A stretch of DNA of 64,000 nucleotides from contig NC_069000.1 in assembly GCF_001194135.2 (NCBI RefSeq), forward strand, positions 14,294,456 through 14,358,455, read 5' to 3'. Of the stretch, positions 28,243 to 41,200 are shown in pieces. The position numbers were made by a program, and so were the translations under genes. The stretch is from Octopus bimaculoides (taxonomy: Eukaryota). Numbering within the stretch: position 1 is the stretch's first letter; each line of letters begins with the position of its first letter. Under the pieces are notes generated by a model, which was not told the DNA's origin, did not search any database, and saw nothing but the letters and a program-made list of their open reading frames with translations.

Positions 28243-29185
28243 TATCAAATTTTGGCACAAGGCCAGCAATTTCAAGGGAGGAGCTAAGTTGATTACATTG
28301 ACCCCAGTATTCAAATGGTACTTATTTTATCAACCCCAAAAGGATGAAAGGCAAAGTCAACCCCAGCAGAATTTGAACTCAGAATGTAAAAATGGACGAA
28401 AGGCTGCAAAGCATTTTGCTTAGTGTGCTAACAAATCTGCCAGCTCGCCCCCTTAAATAATAGATAATATTCCTTTCTACTAAAGGTACAAAGCCTGAAA
28501 TTTGGGGGGGAGGGGACAAATCAATTACATCAACGCCAGCCAGTGCTCAACTGATACTCATTTTATCGACCCCCAAAAGGATGAAAGGCAAAGTCAGCCT
28601 CAACAGCATTTGAACTCAGAATGTAAAGATGGACAAAATGCCACAAAGCATTTCGCCCAGCATGCTACCAACTCTGCCAGCTTGCCACCAAAGATAATAT
28701 TATTAACTGTGACTTTATAATGAATTTGCCTCTCAGTATTGAGTCCCTCCTCCTTCATCAGTAAATATCCTGTTGTTATTCTGAGGCTTGCTTTAAAATA
28801 TTTCTTTCTACTATAGGTACAAGGCCTGAAATTTTGGGGGAGAAGCTAGTCGATTACATCATCCCCAGTGCTCAACTGGTACTTATTTTATCAACCCCTA
28901 AAAGGATGAAAGGTAAAGTTGACCTCAGCGAAATTTGAAATCAGAATACAATGAATCAGTAGAAATACTGCAAAGCATTTTGTTTCCAACAGGTTAATGA
29001 TTCTGTTAGCTAGCCACCTTCTTGCTTTCAAGTAATAACCTCAATTGAGCATTTAATATTGGTATCACATTTTGGCACAAGGCCAGCGACTTCAGGGAAG
29101 GGGGTCAGTCAATTATATTGACCCCAGTGTTCAACTGGTACTTATTTTATTAATCCCCAAAAGATGAAAGGCAAAGTCAAGTTTA
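28243..29185 (-). mobile_element. Cluster of four co-oriented family C SINEs (gcctttcatcctttcggggtcgataaaataagtacc core, possibly the Meta domain)
   Basis: Four copies within about 940 bp. Further copies near 13030, 25680, 35400, 35695, 36165, 48340, 48590, 54290 (-) and 10690, 60600 (+). Confidence 0.8.
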
Positions 29186-29254
29186 GCATTTAATATTATC
29201 AACATATATTATTTATATGAAGAAATATGTTTTTAACGATTTTTAATTTTATCT

Positions 29255-29286
<32 letters not shown>

Positions 29287-30410
29287 TGTAATTTTAGCTG
29301 GTATTTTAGCTTTTTCTTTCAAGTAATTATGAAAGAAAACAAATACAGTAAATATTTCTATTGTCAATTTCAACTTCTCAGTTTCCAATTTCAATATATA
29401 TATGAAAAGAAGAGGAAGACTTTTTCTTTAAAGAAAATTCAGTTAAAATTATTCCCAAATATAAGAATACAAGATAATGAAATATAAGTAGGCAAAGGAA
29501 TATCTATGGTGATCCAAACAAAATCAAGAAAATAGGGGCTTTTATAAGAAAAGACTGAGATAAATAGAGTCGTTCATTCCCTTTGCCAATTTAAATACCG
29601 ATATCAGAAGTTTACATAGAAAAGAGCAGTGAAAATAAAACATTAACACTTACTTAGTAGGATAGGAATATAAAACATATTCTTTGAAAGATATTTCTAG
29701 CATATCTGCTAGGCACAAATATATTTTATACAATAGAAATTATAAAAAGACTTGCTAAAATACAATGGGAGTTTCAATTCAAATTTCTTTCTGGTTTTTC
29801 ACTTACAGTAAGAAGCTTTACAACAAATGGGGAAAACCAACATTCTACAATTGAAAACTTAACTTTTTTTTTCTCTTTTCCTTACAGCCAAAAGGATATC
29901 TTTTTTTGCAGTTGGACTGGTGGCCATCTGAACTTTACTTCTCCTTCTCCTTCTAAAAGCTTCACAGAATCATTTCCAATGATATTAAGAACAATTTTAG
30001 AAATGAAGAAGGTAGAGGAATTTTGTGTACTATTATATAGATTGAAACTGGATGACGTATGTGAATATCAGCTTGTGCAGCAACAAATATAACAAAATAA
30101 ATCTTTTATACAACAAATACAAATTATTTTGTCTATAAAAAGCTTTGATCAGATACAATATCTACTCTACAGAGTAGACTTTGGTGACTAGTGAACTAGC
30201 TCCGGCTAGTTAAAGCCACGAAAATTACCTAAACATAACTGTCAACTGTCAACTTTGAGCATAGATTACATTATAAATAGTGAGTTTGTATTTGTATATG
30301 TATTACATATATATTTGTGTGTGTGTATCAAAGAATGATGCTTTCCCTTGATGTCTCATTTTAAATATTTCTAAATATTTTTCATATTATATACTCTATA
30401 AAATAGAAAT

Positions 30411-30488
30411 CTATTCAGTTTTCTTCTCTGTCACCCAAGCAACGATCTTGCCTTCCCAACCAGGCAGGATGTCTTTGCCATTGAACAG
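30411..30488 (-). CDS. DIXDC1: DIXDC1 terminal exon (LFNGKDILPGWEGKIVAWVTEKKTE*)
   Basis: 78 nt, PGWEGKIVAWV motif, TAG at 30413-30411. Confidence 0.95.
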   Translation of the reverse strand: MFNGKDILPGWEGKIVAWVTEKKTE

Positions 30489-33400
30489 CTGAAATTAAGA
30501 AAAAACAGATATCATTAACTATACTTCAATGAAAAATATATTTTATTTCAAAAGAAAAAAAAATTCTCAAAAGATAATAAAATAAATAAATAGATAAAAG
30601 TCACTTGAATATAGAAAAATTAATATGTATTAAACTATTTTACTTGGATAATAGGAGCAGGCATAGCTATATGGTTAAGAAGCTTGCTTCCCAATCATAT
30701 GGTTTTTGGTTCAGTTCCACTGTGGGACACCTTGTATAAAGTGTCTTCCACTATAGCCCAGAGCTGACCAGTACAGGTAGCAAGTATGTAATAAGATTTA
30801 TAGCTTAGATAAGAGGAGACTAGAAACTTATGTAATAATACCAAACTTTATAATAACACTGTTTAAATTCATACCTCTTCTTTAACTGTTCCAAACTCAG
30901 GATCTAGTGCTTTGAACTGAAATCGGTAGCCTTCAGACTTTTGAATTCGATTTTGGAGATCTTTTAAGGTAATTTCCCCTAATCTGAAACACAAAGATAT
31001 TAAACTATAAAAGCTTCAAAAAATATATCTAGCTCATAATTAGAAACAACTGAAGACCATCAAGTGTTTATTTATATTTAGTCGCATATTTGATGGCATA
31101 TAAAGATGTATTTTGTTGTGTCTAAGGAGAGTCATTATGCCAATATAATTAACATACACACACTGGTTCAATTCCACTCACTTATTATTAGTTAATTGGT
31201 TAAATGTCCGATTGTTTTGTTTTTGTTTTTCAAAGCTCTTTCGTTGCTTCTTGCAACCTTTTCAATGACTATTGACTGAGAAAGAGCTTTGACAAACAAA
31301 AACAAAACAATCAAATATTTAACCAATTGACTAATAATAAATGAGTAGAATTGAACCAGTGTGTGTGTTAATTATATTGGCATAAATGACTCTTCCTGGA
31401 CACAAAACAAAATTTGTTTCAACACACAAATTCACATAAAGAATCTTGCAAACAAGATACAAAACAAAGATATATTTATTTTCTCCCCCCAACACACACC
31501 AAATTTCTCAAAACACTCAACCCTGGTTCTATATATGAAGTCAGCCCTATGTGACACACTTTAATGTACTAAAATCTTTTTATTTCTGAATATGCGCTGC
31601 TGAAATTGGGTGTATCTGATATGCTTAGGTGTCTTTTATGCCAACAAATATGGTAATTACTTTTAAAACAATCAAGTTTGAATATTGAAGAAATGAGACT
31701 AAATACTTCACCTTTTTGGAACTGTTATCATATGTGATGTTTCTGAATTATCCAAATAATAAAGCACTTTAGTTTCTAATTGCTTTATAGAAGCTGCAAA
31801 GTAAATCAAAGATACGTAAATGTTTGAATGTGATTTTCTGTGATTCTACAACTAGTAAATTATTTGAAAATGCTAGTAGAGAGTTGCTTACATTAAAAGA
31901 TACCTTCAAAGACACAAGTAAATACTCAAGCAGTTCTTACAATTTTAGTTGGATTGGATTAAGCTATCATCATCATCATATAACGTCCATTTTTCCATGC
32001 TTGCATGGAATTTGTTGAGGCAGATTTTCTATGGCCAGATGCCCCTCTGGTTGCCAACCTTCACCTGTTTCCACACAAGGTAAATAATTCCTCATGTCTG
32101 GACATGTTTTCACTGATGACTGGAAATGAACAACATTACTTCTATGACATGATGCTCATTTTTAACCATCATATGATGTCAAGATAAGAGTACACATAAA
32201 CATACATATATAATGGGCTTCTTTCAGTTTCCATCAACCAAATCTACTCACAAGACTTTCACCCACCTGGGGCTGTAGTAAATTTGCTGAAGGTGTTGCA
32301 CAGTGGTACTGAACCCAACACTACAGTCTGGAAGCCAGCTTCTTAACCACACAACCACACCTATGCTTAATTTTTTTAAATTCCTTTTTGGGTGGGGTTT
32401 ATAATTAGGAGGGAAGGTAGTGTCTATGGCTTTTACTGGGCTTCTGAGATTGGTGAGAGGAAGAAATCAAAGAACAAGCCAAGTGGTGGCATTAAACCAG
32501 GAGATAGATTAAGTCTACTATCCAAGCAGGCCATGGAAGGATTTGAACTCAGAACATAAAACGTCAGAACAAATACCTCAAAGCATTTGGTCTTACATTC
32601 TAACAGTTCCACCAATTCATCATTCCAGATTGGAAGTTTTTTTTTTTTTTATCAAACTCAAAAGGATGAAAAACAAAGCTGACCTTGGTATGAATTGAAC
32701 TCAGAGTGCAGAAAACCAGAACAAGTACTGACAGGCATTTCATCCAACACTCAAACACAGTCATGGGCAACCTGCAGCCTGTAGGATTTCCTCAATGGCA
32801 CATCATTACCTCGAATTATTTTAGTAGTCATCTATGTTTCATGCAAGCTACTTCATAAAAAAGGTTGCCCATGTCTACTCTAACAACTGCCAGTTATTTT
32901 TACATCTGTTATCAATTTTAATTTCCTTGCGACTATAATTAACATATCATATACTGAAGAAAATTAGTAATACATCAATGTTTCTACAAGTACTAATGCC
33001 ACTATATTTCTCATCACTAATACAACACCACTCCAAATACAAAATACTTCTACAACTCTACTACAAATGACACTACTGCACCACTACTGCACTTCAGTTA
33101 ACAGGACTTGCACTTTTTTTTTTTTTTACAAAAGATGCAACAAATAAAAGGAAAGAGAAATAAAGTAAGCAGTGCAGTGAGAAAAGACAGAATAAGCTAC
33201 CATGAGATGAAAACTGGCAGGAAAAACAAGCAAAGTAGACTTTACACAGCAAAGACTAAATAAATTTAGTGTCATGGTGTGATGTAGTAACTGCAAGTGT
33301 GAACATTGGCTGCTTACTAGGAATGTTATTATATAAGTGTTGTTATGTTACAGATTAGTCTTTTAAAACAAATAAAAAGCCTAGGATGTGCTTTGTGTTA

Positions 33401-36400
33401 GAAATTATGGAGCTATGAGAAAGCTTCTAATAATGATGATTTTTAACATCAGTACAAAACTACATATTTTAGGGGAACTATGTATGACTTCTTAACACAA
33501 AGTTACCAAACCAGACCTAAAAAACATACATTAATATTCCAGTAAATATGTATTTTATAATTTTTTTAAATATTATATTAATTATAAATATATCTATTAA
33601 TTATATAATATTGATTTCAAATTTTGACACAAGGCCAGTTATTTTGGGATAGGGGAGCAAAATAGAGAGCATTAGGTCTTAAAATATCTGGTTTCTTTTG
33701 CAGAGATTGTAACAAGTTTGTTGAGGAAGTCAGCTTCAGTGGACAGGTTGAGGAACGACTTTGAAGATTTCTTGCTGCCTTGTTTGGATAAGTATTCTTG
33801 GGCAGATATTTTCATGATTGTCTCATCTCTCTAACAACAATTATGAAATGAGACTAGTATCTTTCCAAATAAGACAAATATGATTAGATTGAGAAGAAAC
33901 TGCTTTGAAGTTTTACAGTACATTTTCCCAGTTTCAGTACAATTACTATCTGCAAAAGACCCACTGCCAAAAAACTAAATAACCTTTTTCTTTGTTCTAT
34001 ACTTCATCATCATCATCGTTTAATGTTCTCCTTCCATGCTGGCATGGGCTGGACGGTTTGACAGGAGCTGGCCAGGAAGAAGCCTGCACCATTCTTCTGT
34101 GTCTGTTTTGGCATGGTTTTTTTTTACAGCTAGATGCCCTTCCAAATGCCAACGACTTTACAAAGTGGACTGGATGCTTTTTGAGTGGCACCAGCACTGG
34201 CAATGAACTTATTCCAGATTCATCATTATTGTCATCGTCATTCTAACATCCACTTTTTCAGGCTTCCATGAGTCAGACAGAAGCAAATTTTCTACATTCA
34301 GATGCCTTTCCTGTTGCCAACCTTCACTTGTTTCCAAGTATGGTAATATTTCCTCAGGGATGGACATATTTTCATGGAAATTTGATGACAAAGGACACCA
34401 GCTGTATGACAATGACATTCATTTACAGAAACCACACAATGTTAAGACAAGAAGACACTAACTCACATACTTACATAAACACACACACACATAAAAATAA
34501 CAGGCTTCTTTCAGTTTCTGTCTTCCACTCATAAGGCTTTAGTCAGCCTGGGGCTGTAATAGAAGACACTTGCCCTAGGTGCCATGCAGTGAGACTGAAT
34601 CCAAAACCAAGAGGCTGGGAATCAAGCATCTTAAACACAGTCACAAAAACAATTATTTACATCAGTCTTAACAACTTCGTTCCAATTACAGCTAATTCTA
34701 CATAAGCGATTATCCAAAAATCAACTAATGACACTTCTTTATTCCTATTCTCGTTGCGTAATCCTACACATCCAAATCAACTCTACTGAAAGCTGATCCT
34801 CTTCAAGAAGTTTCTAATTACACTAAGGCACAAGCATAAAAGAAACAATACTTTCTGCAAATAGCAGTTATTCTGTTGTTGCTAGTTTAGTACATAAACA
34901 GTTTTGCTTCTCTAAATGATAGAAAGGAAGCAAGGGAGAGAAAGAGACAAACAGAGAAATAAAGACAGAGAAAGAGAGAGAGGTCAAATTGAACCTGAAT
35001 TTGTTGCTGTGATAGTTGAAGTCATATAATTCCCTTGTGCATCTAAAAATAAAAATTAGGTTGTCTAAAACTCAGTAGAAAACCAGATTAATTTCTGTTA
35101 TTTGTTTTCTAAAATTATCAATTATTAAATATTTAATCGATCATTTAATAAGATTAATTATTATTGTCTGAAATACACTTAATAACTTAACATATGTAAG
35201 TGTGTTGTTTTTAATGAAGATGAAAGTAAGGTTCTGATCTTATTGCGATGCATATTCCTTCAAAGGTTTCGTGGGACAAGAATTATTAACTCGAGAGGAA
35301 ATATATCCCTTGTACAAAAGACTAAGTTATGCAAAAGTTCAGCAAAAAAAAAACAGAACTTTAAGGAAAGAAATCTCCAGGATTAATGTTTCTTTCTAAT
35401 TTTGGCACAAGGCCAGTAACTTTGAGGGGTGAAGATGTTGATTGTATCAACCCCAGTAATCAACTGGTACTATATTGTATTGATCCTAAAAGGATGAAAA
35501 GCAAAATTAACCTTGGTGACATTTGAACTGAGAATGTAAAGAGCCAGATGAAATGCTATGAAGCATTTTGTCTAGTGCAGTAGTGATTCTGCTAGCTCAC
35601 CACCAAAATATTCTCCAATTCTCTTCAATAGATATTGTCATATAGTTAGAATTAAGTAATTTGGTCAAGCAACATAAATGAAAATATTGATTTCAAATTT
35701 TGGCATAAGGCCAGCAATTTGTGGGGAAGGGATAACTCAATTACATTGACCCCAGCACTCAACTGGTACTTATTTTATCGACCCTGAAAGGATGAAAGGT
35801 AAAGTTGACCATGGTGGAATTTGAACTCAGAACATAAAGATGGATGAAATGCCACTAAACATTTTGCCCAGTGTATTAACAGTTCTGCCAGCTCACCGCC
35901 TTAACATAAATACCATTATCTAGAAACCAGCATATAAAAAATAAAATCAACTAAAAGAGAAAAATAGCTCTGAAACCCCTTAATAAATATGGAAAAAAAA
36001 AGGTGGGTGGAGTTAGTATTTTTCATGGATTTGAAGAAAATGTGAAAAATTCTCTGCAGTCAAGATAAAATAAAACATTTCTTTTCTAGAATCCTCTAAT
36101 AATATTTAGAAATAATTAAACAGTGTCTTCTATCCAGTGAATATTGATAACAAACATTGGTTTCAAATTTTGGCACAAGGCCAGCAATTTCAAAAGGATG
36201 AAAGGTTAAGTCAACCTTGGTGGAATTTGAACACAGAATGTTAAGACAAATGAATAGCCACTAAGCATTTTGTCCAGCATGCTAATGATTCTGCCAGCTC
36301 ACCACTTTAGTATGAATAATAATGAGAAGAAAAAAAACCTTGTTTCTGTTGAATGTTCCAACAACTTTACAGTTACATCTATGTCATCAGACATGAAGTC

Positions 36401-38170
36401 TTAGAAGCACTGTCTACTACTTGCTTGTTAATTAATTATAGTTTGATAAAGAAAAAGGATCATGACTAATTACCTTCTTTAAAATGGCTTGGCAGGACTG
36501 GCCTGCTCAACTTCAGTGTTGGAGACTGGAAAAGGAATAAGGCTATATTAAAGATTTAAATATCAATGTAAATTATAATAATAATAATAATAATAATAAT
36601 AAAACACAACACTTAGATTGTCTGACTTATATGCAAAATGTTTGAAATTGTAAAGAATACAGTAAAGATGAGTATAATTTGTGAATTCATTTAAGTATGT
36701 TATATGATGTTTATTAGATGTTTGAAGTAATATGGAGTTGTATAATATTGCACGCATTTTTGCAAGATATAATTTAAGCAAAAAACAGTGACGTCATGTT
36801 CATGTCCTCTACAAACAATATATCATGTAGCTCTGCATCTTGTGAGGAGGACAAGTGGAATAAAAAGAAAAACAAGTAAGAACTATTGACAGGAAGCACA
36901 CTGCTGTCACCACCATCACAATCATTATCATTCTCCACTACCACCACCACCATTATCATCATCCTCATTGTAATCATCATCATTATGTCAATGTCAATTT
37001 TTCCATGCTTGCATGGGTCAACATTTGATTATAAATAAATCTTTGTCTGAGCCAAGTTAACATGGAGAAATGAATGTAAAATATGAATAAAACAAATGAA
37101 AGAGTTAATTTGAAATAGTTTAGAAACAAGTCAAAAGAGAAAACAAACACATCTGGTTTTTTTTTCTCCTGTTACCTACGTTAAGGGTACACGTGTCTGT
37201 GGAGTGCTCAGCCACTTGCACGTTAATTTCACGAGCAGGCTGTTCCGTTGATTGGATCAACTGAAACCCTCGTTGTCGTAAGCGACGGAGGGCTATCAAG
37301 AGAAAGATGTGTGCAATAGGCTTCTTAAAGTTTCTGTCTACCAAATCTATTCACAAGGTTTTGGCCAGCCCAGAGCTATAGTATGTATGTTTTGGTTGGC
37401 CCAGAGCTACAGTATGTACATGTTTGAATTTAGCGATATCTAATTGTTTGATAAAGTTAACCAAGTTCACTTAATACCGAGTGCTTTCTAGATATCTGCC
37501 TGGATTTATTAATATCTTTTACTTCTTGTTGCACACAAACACACACATACATATACACACACGTGTGCATATACATTATAAGGAAAATACAAACCTGAGG
37601 GAGAATATCAATGCTGCCATAATGCATCTTCTCAATAAATGTAATGACATTTTGTTCAAGTTGATCCAAAGATGATAACTTTTCTTGGTCATTGTCATTG
37701 AAAGACAACCGGAGTTTTTCTATAGATCCCTGAATCATTTGAACATCAACCACAGAATCCTGAAATTAATTATTTAAAATTAATTATTGAAAATAAATTA
37801 ATGTAAGTGTTTGGTCTGGTTTAAATGAAAGTGCTTTTTTCTCACTAATGAAACTTTTAGAGTGACAGGATGTCTAGACAGAATAATTATAATGACAGCA
37901 ACGTCATCGTCATTGTCATCATTATCATGATAATTATTATATAATTGTTCAACATTTGATAGTTTGAGGTAAATTTCTACTGCATCACCTGCTATACCTC
38001 CGTGTTGCTGGGATGTGTGCAGCATTGCATGTCCTTTTCTGTTGTTGGGAGTATGCAAAACTCTTCCTGGTATTGTATTGTGTTTTTTTTTTATCTGGAG
38101 TGTAATGCAGTCTTTTGTTGTATTACTGCTTGTATTGTGTGTTGAGTGTGTAATGCATTGGTTATCTGGC

Positions 38171-38201
<31 letters not shown>

Positions 38202-41200
38202 GTTCAGTAGTTTTATTTTTATAAAACTACTGTGCCTACAGAAGAAAGGATTATTAAGCTGGTGTATAGAACGTAATTAACATGAAATTTTGATAGATGA
38301 TTTTAATTTTAGATTAGGATGGTAATGAGTACAAGACCTAAAATTGGCTATGTTCAAAGACAAAAACATATTATTCATCAGCCTAGCTGAAAATAGTCAT
38401 TGCTTTCACTTCACACTTGAATTGTTAAGTTGAAGTGTCAAGTATCAACATAAACAATTTAACCTAACATCAAATACGTGTGATTGAAAGGTAATCATGA
38501 GAAACCAATAAGACAAAGCCTAATTGTATGTGTGTGTGTGTGTGTACACACACACACATGTACATACCAGGGTTGACCTAGGAAAGTTTTTTTTAGTTTG
38601 TAGAAGACAAGTAATTGCTCATGAATGCAAATCTTCCCTCTTCATGCCACTGATAGTGTCTAAAGAACATCATCAGCCACTGCTTTTGGTCTGATACGGT
38701 TTGGCATCAGTGTCATTGCAGACATTACTGACACACATCCAACCAACACCCCACCCCACCCCATCTCTGCATATTAAAAAGTAAACAAATAATGCTGGAC
38801 TCACCTCTTTATCTTTCTTCATTGACTAGGGTAAAAAAAAAAAATGAAGAAGAATACTATTAGAGCAAAATAATTTAAAACAAAATGTCAATCAAATCTT
38901 GTAAATCAGATTTCATAAGTGTAATATTTATGAATATGAAAATCCAGAGTACCTTTGGAGAAAACAAAAATGTATAGAACAGTTGAAAACTAATGTAATC
39001 AAATGCAAATAAAACAATTAACTAATTCAATAATAAACTCATTAACTTCTACTTAAGTGCTTGTATCTATTAAATATATCCTATCTTTTACTTGTTTTAA
39101 TCATTGAACTGCGGCTATGCTGGGGGTTACTGCCTTGAAGGGTTTTAGTGAAGCAGATTGACCCTATTGACTTATTTCAAGTCTGGTACTTATTCTAGCA
39201 GTCTCTTTTGCTGAACCACTAAGTAATTGGGATCATCATCATCCTCCAGTTATGTGACACTGGCATTGGCCACAACTACAGTAAGCATATATCGATGTGT
39301 GTGTCTCTGTGTCTGTGTTTGTCCCCCACCACTGTTGGACAACTAGTATTGGTGTGTTTACATCCCCATAACTTAGCAGTTCAGTAAAAAACAAAAAAGA
39401 GCAATAGAATAAAAATCACACTTAAGAAAAAAAAAAAACAAATACTGGGGTTGATTCGTTCAACTAAAAATTCTTCAAAGTGGTGTCCCAGAATGGCCAC
39501 AGTCTAATGACTGATGTTGTTGTTGTTGGCACTCCGTCGCTTACGACGTCGAGGGTTCCAGTTGATCTGATCAACGGAACAGCCTGCTCATGAAATTAAC
39601 GTGCAAGTGGCTGAGCACTCCACAGACACGTGTACCCTTAACGTAGTTCTCGGGGATATTCAGCGCGACACAGTGTGACAAAGCTGACCCGTTGAATTAC
39701 AGGCACAACAGAAACAGGAAGTAAGAGTGAGAGAAAGTTGTGGTGAAATAGTACAGCAGGGTTCGCCACCATCCCCTGCTGGAGCCTCTTGGAGCTTTAG
39801 GTGTTTTCGCTCAATAAACACTCACAACGCCCGGTCTGGGAATCGAAACCGCGATCCTATGACTGCGAGTCCGCTGCCCTAACCACTGGGCCATTGCGCC
39901 TCCACAATGACTGATACAAGTAGAAGATAAAAGCTAAAATACGAGCTAACTTTTTGAAGTGATTAGATGTTAAGTGATCAAAAGTTACCTCTGTTCTTCG
40001 CATAGATTGAAGTTTTTGAAGACATCTAATGTGAAGCCAGCAGTTACGTCTCATCACATCTTTTTCTTCTAATAATTCAGGATTCATTTGAAACTGCAGA
40101 TCTTCAATTACTTTATCTTTCTGGCTGACATCTCTCTGTTGACAGATCAAATTATAATTTCAGTTACAGGTTCAAACTTCTCAAGTGTTACAAAAAACAG
40201 AAAAACAGAAGACATCAAATATGAAATGTATTTGTATTCTCACCTTTAACTCAGTCAGTTGTTTGTCTTTTTCATTCAGTTTTTTAATCAGCATATTCTG
40301 TTGGAAGAGAAAAACCACACACAAATTATTGAAAATCGTCATCACCATCATTTAATGTTTGTTTTCCATGCTGGCGTGGATTGGATGACTTGACAGGAAC
40401 TGGCAAGGCCAGGGGCCACACACACTGAATAACTGTAGATATTACTATTTTATATATATTTTAAATATTAAGATTTAAGCTGTGTTCCCACTGTTTAAAA
40501 TAAATCATTTTTAATTGTGGGACTTGAAGTAGATAAAGCTATAAATAACAGAATGTAGAATATTGTTAAAGGCTGCCCATGGGACTTATATATTTATGCC
40601 AAACACAGCCTAAATCATATTTAAAATCTGTATAATGTAAAAATATCTAAGGTTAATTTGTTTTAGCTGTGAAATTACAATCAATGTATAAACATCCTAA
40701 CGTTTTCCGAAGTAGAGAGAAAAATAACCAGGATTTTTTTTTTAGTCCGTTTCAGAGATTATTGACTCTTCTTCAGTGTAAGTGCATCCTTTATTTTTTT
40801 CAGTTATGAAGGAAAAGTACTTTAAATAGTTATAGAAAGCAGGAGCTAAACCAGAAGCAACAAAAATGGTTTCTCCTGATATGCATATAATACATTAACC
40901 AGATACATATTTAGCTAAAGAGTACATATTTATATTGAATACGGTTTATATCATTTCTAAAATATGCATATCATCATCATCATCATCGTTTAACGTCCGC
41001 TTTCCATGCTAGCATGGGTTGGACGATTTGACTGAGGACTGGTGAAACCGGATGGCAACACCAGGCTCCAGTCTGATTTGGCAGAGTTTCTACAGCTGGA
41101 TGCCCTTCCTAATGCCAACCACTCAGAGAGTGTAGTGGGTGCTTTTACGTGTCACCCGCACGAAAACGGCCACGCTCGAAATGGTGTCTTTTATGTGCCA

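Noticed and set aside
28721-28770. CTGATGA on the - strand
   Set aside because: No stem II, GAAA or GUH follows, so it is not a hammerhead.
28243-29185. Regularly recurring repeats resembling an array or CRISPR
   Set aside because: These are degenerate SINE copies of about 200 nt in a eukaryote, with no identical short repeats, spacers or cas genes.
33680-33835. About 50-codon open frame on the - strand within a DIXDC1 intron
   Set aside because: It would need a phase 0 entry, but the context is phase 1 (which gives an immediate stop), and no donor was seen.
37990-38041. Possible extra DIXDC1 exon (KRTCNAAHIPATR)
   Set aside because: The available donors give 41 or 50 nt, which break the phase 0 to 0 context, and the acceptor tract is weak.
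39860-39905. tRNA-like sequence (also at the heads of other SINEs)
   Set aside because: It continues into a SINE body flanked by TSDs and has no complete cloverleaf.
40020-40060. Odd NCWLHIRC stretch suggesting a frameshift in a coiled-coil exon
   Set aside because: The exon is open, 147 nt and phase-consistent; the shifted frame checked hits a stop.
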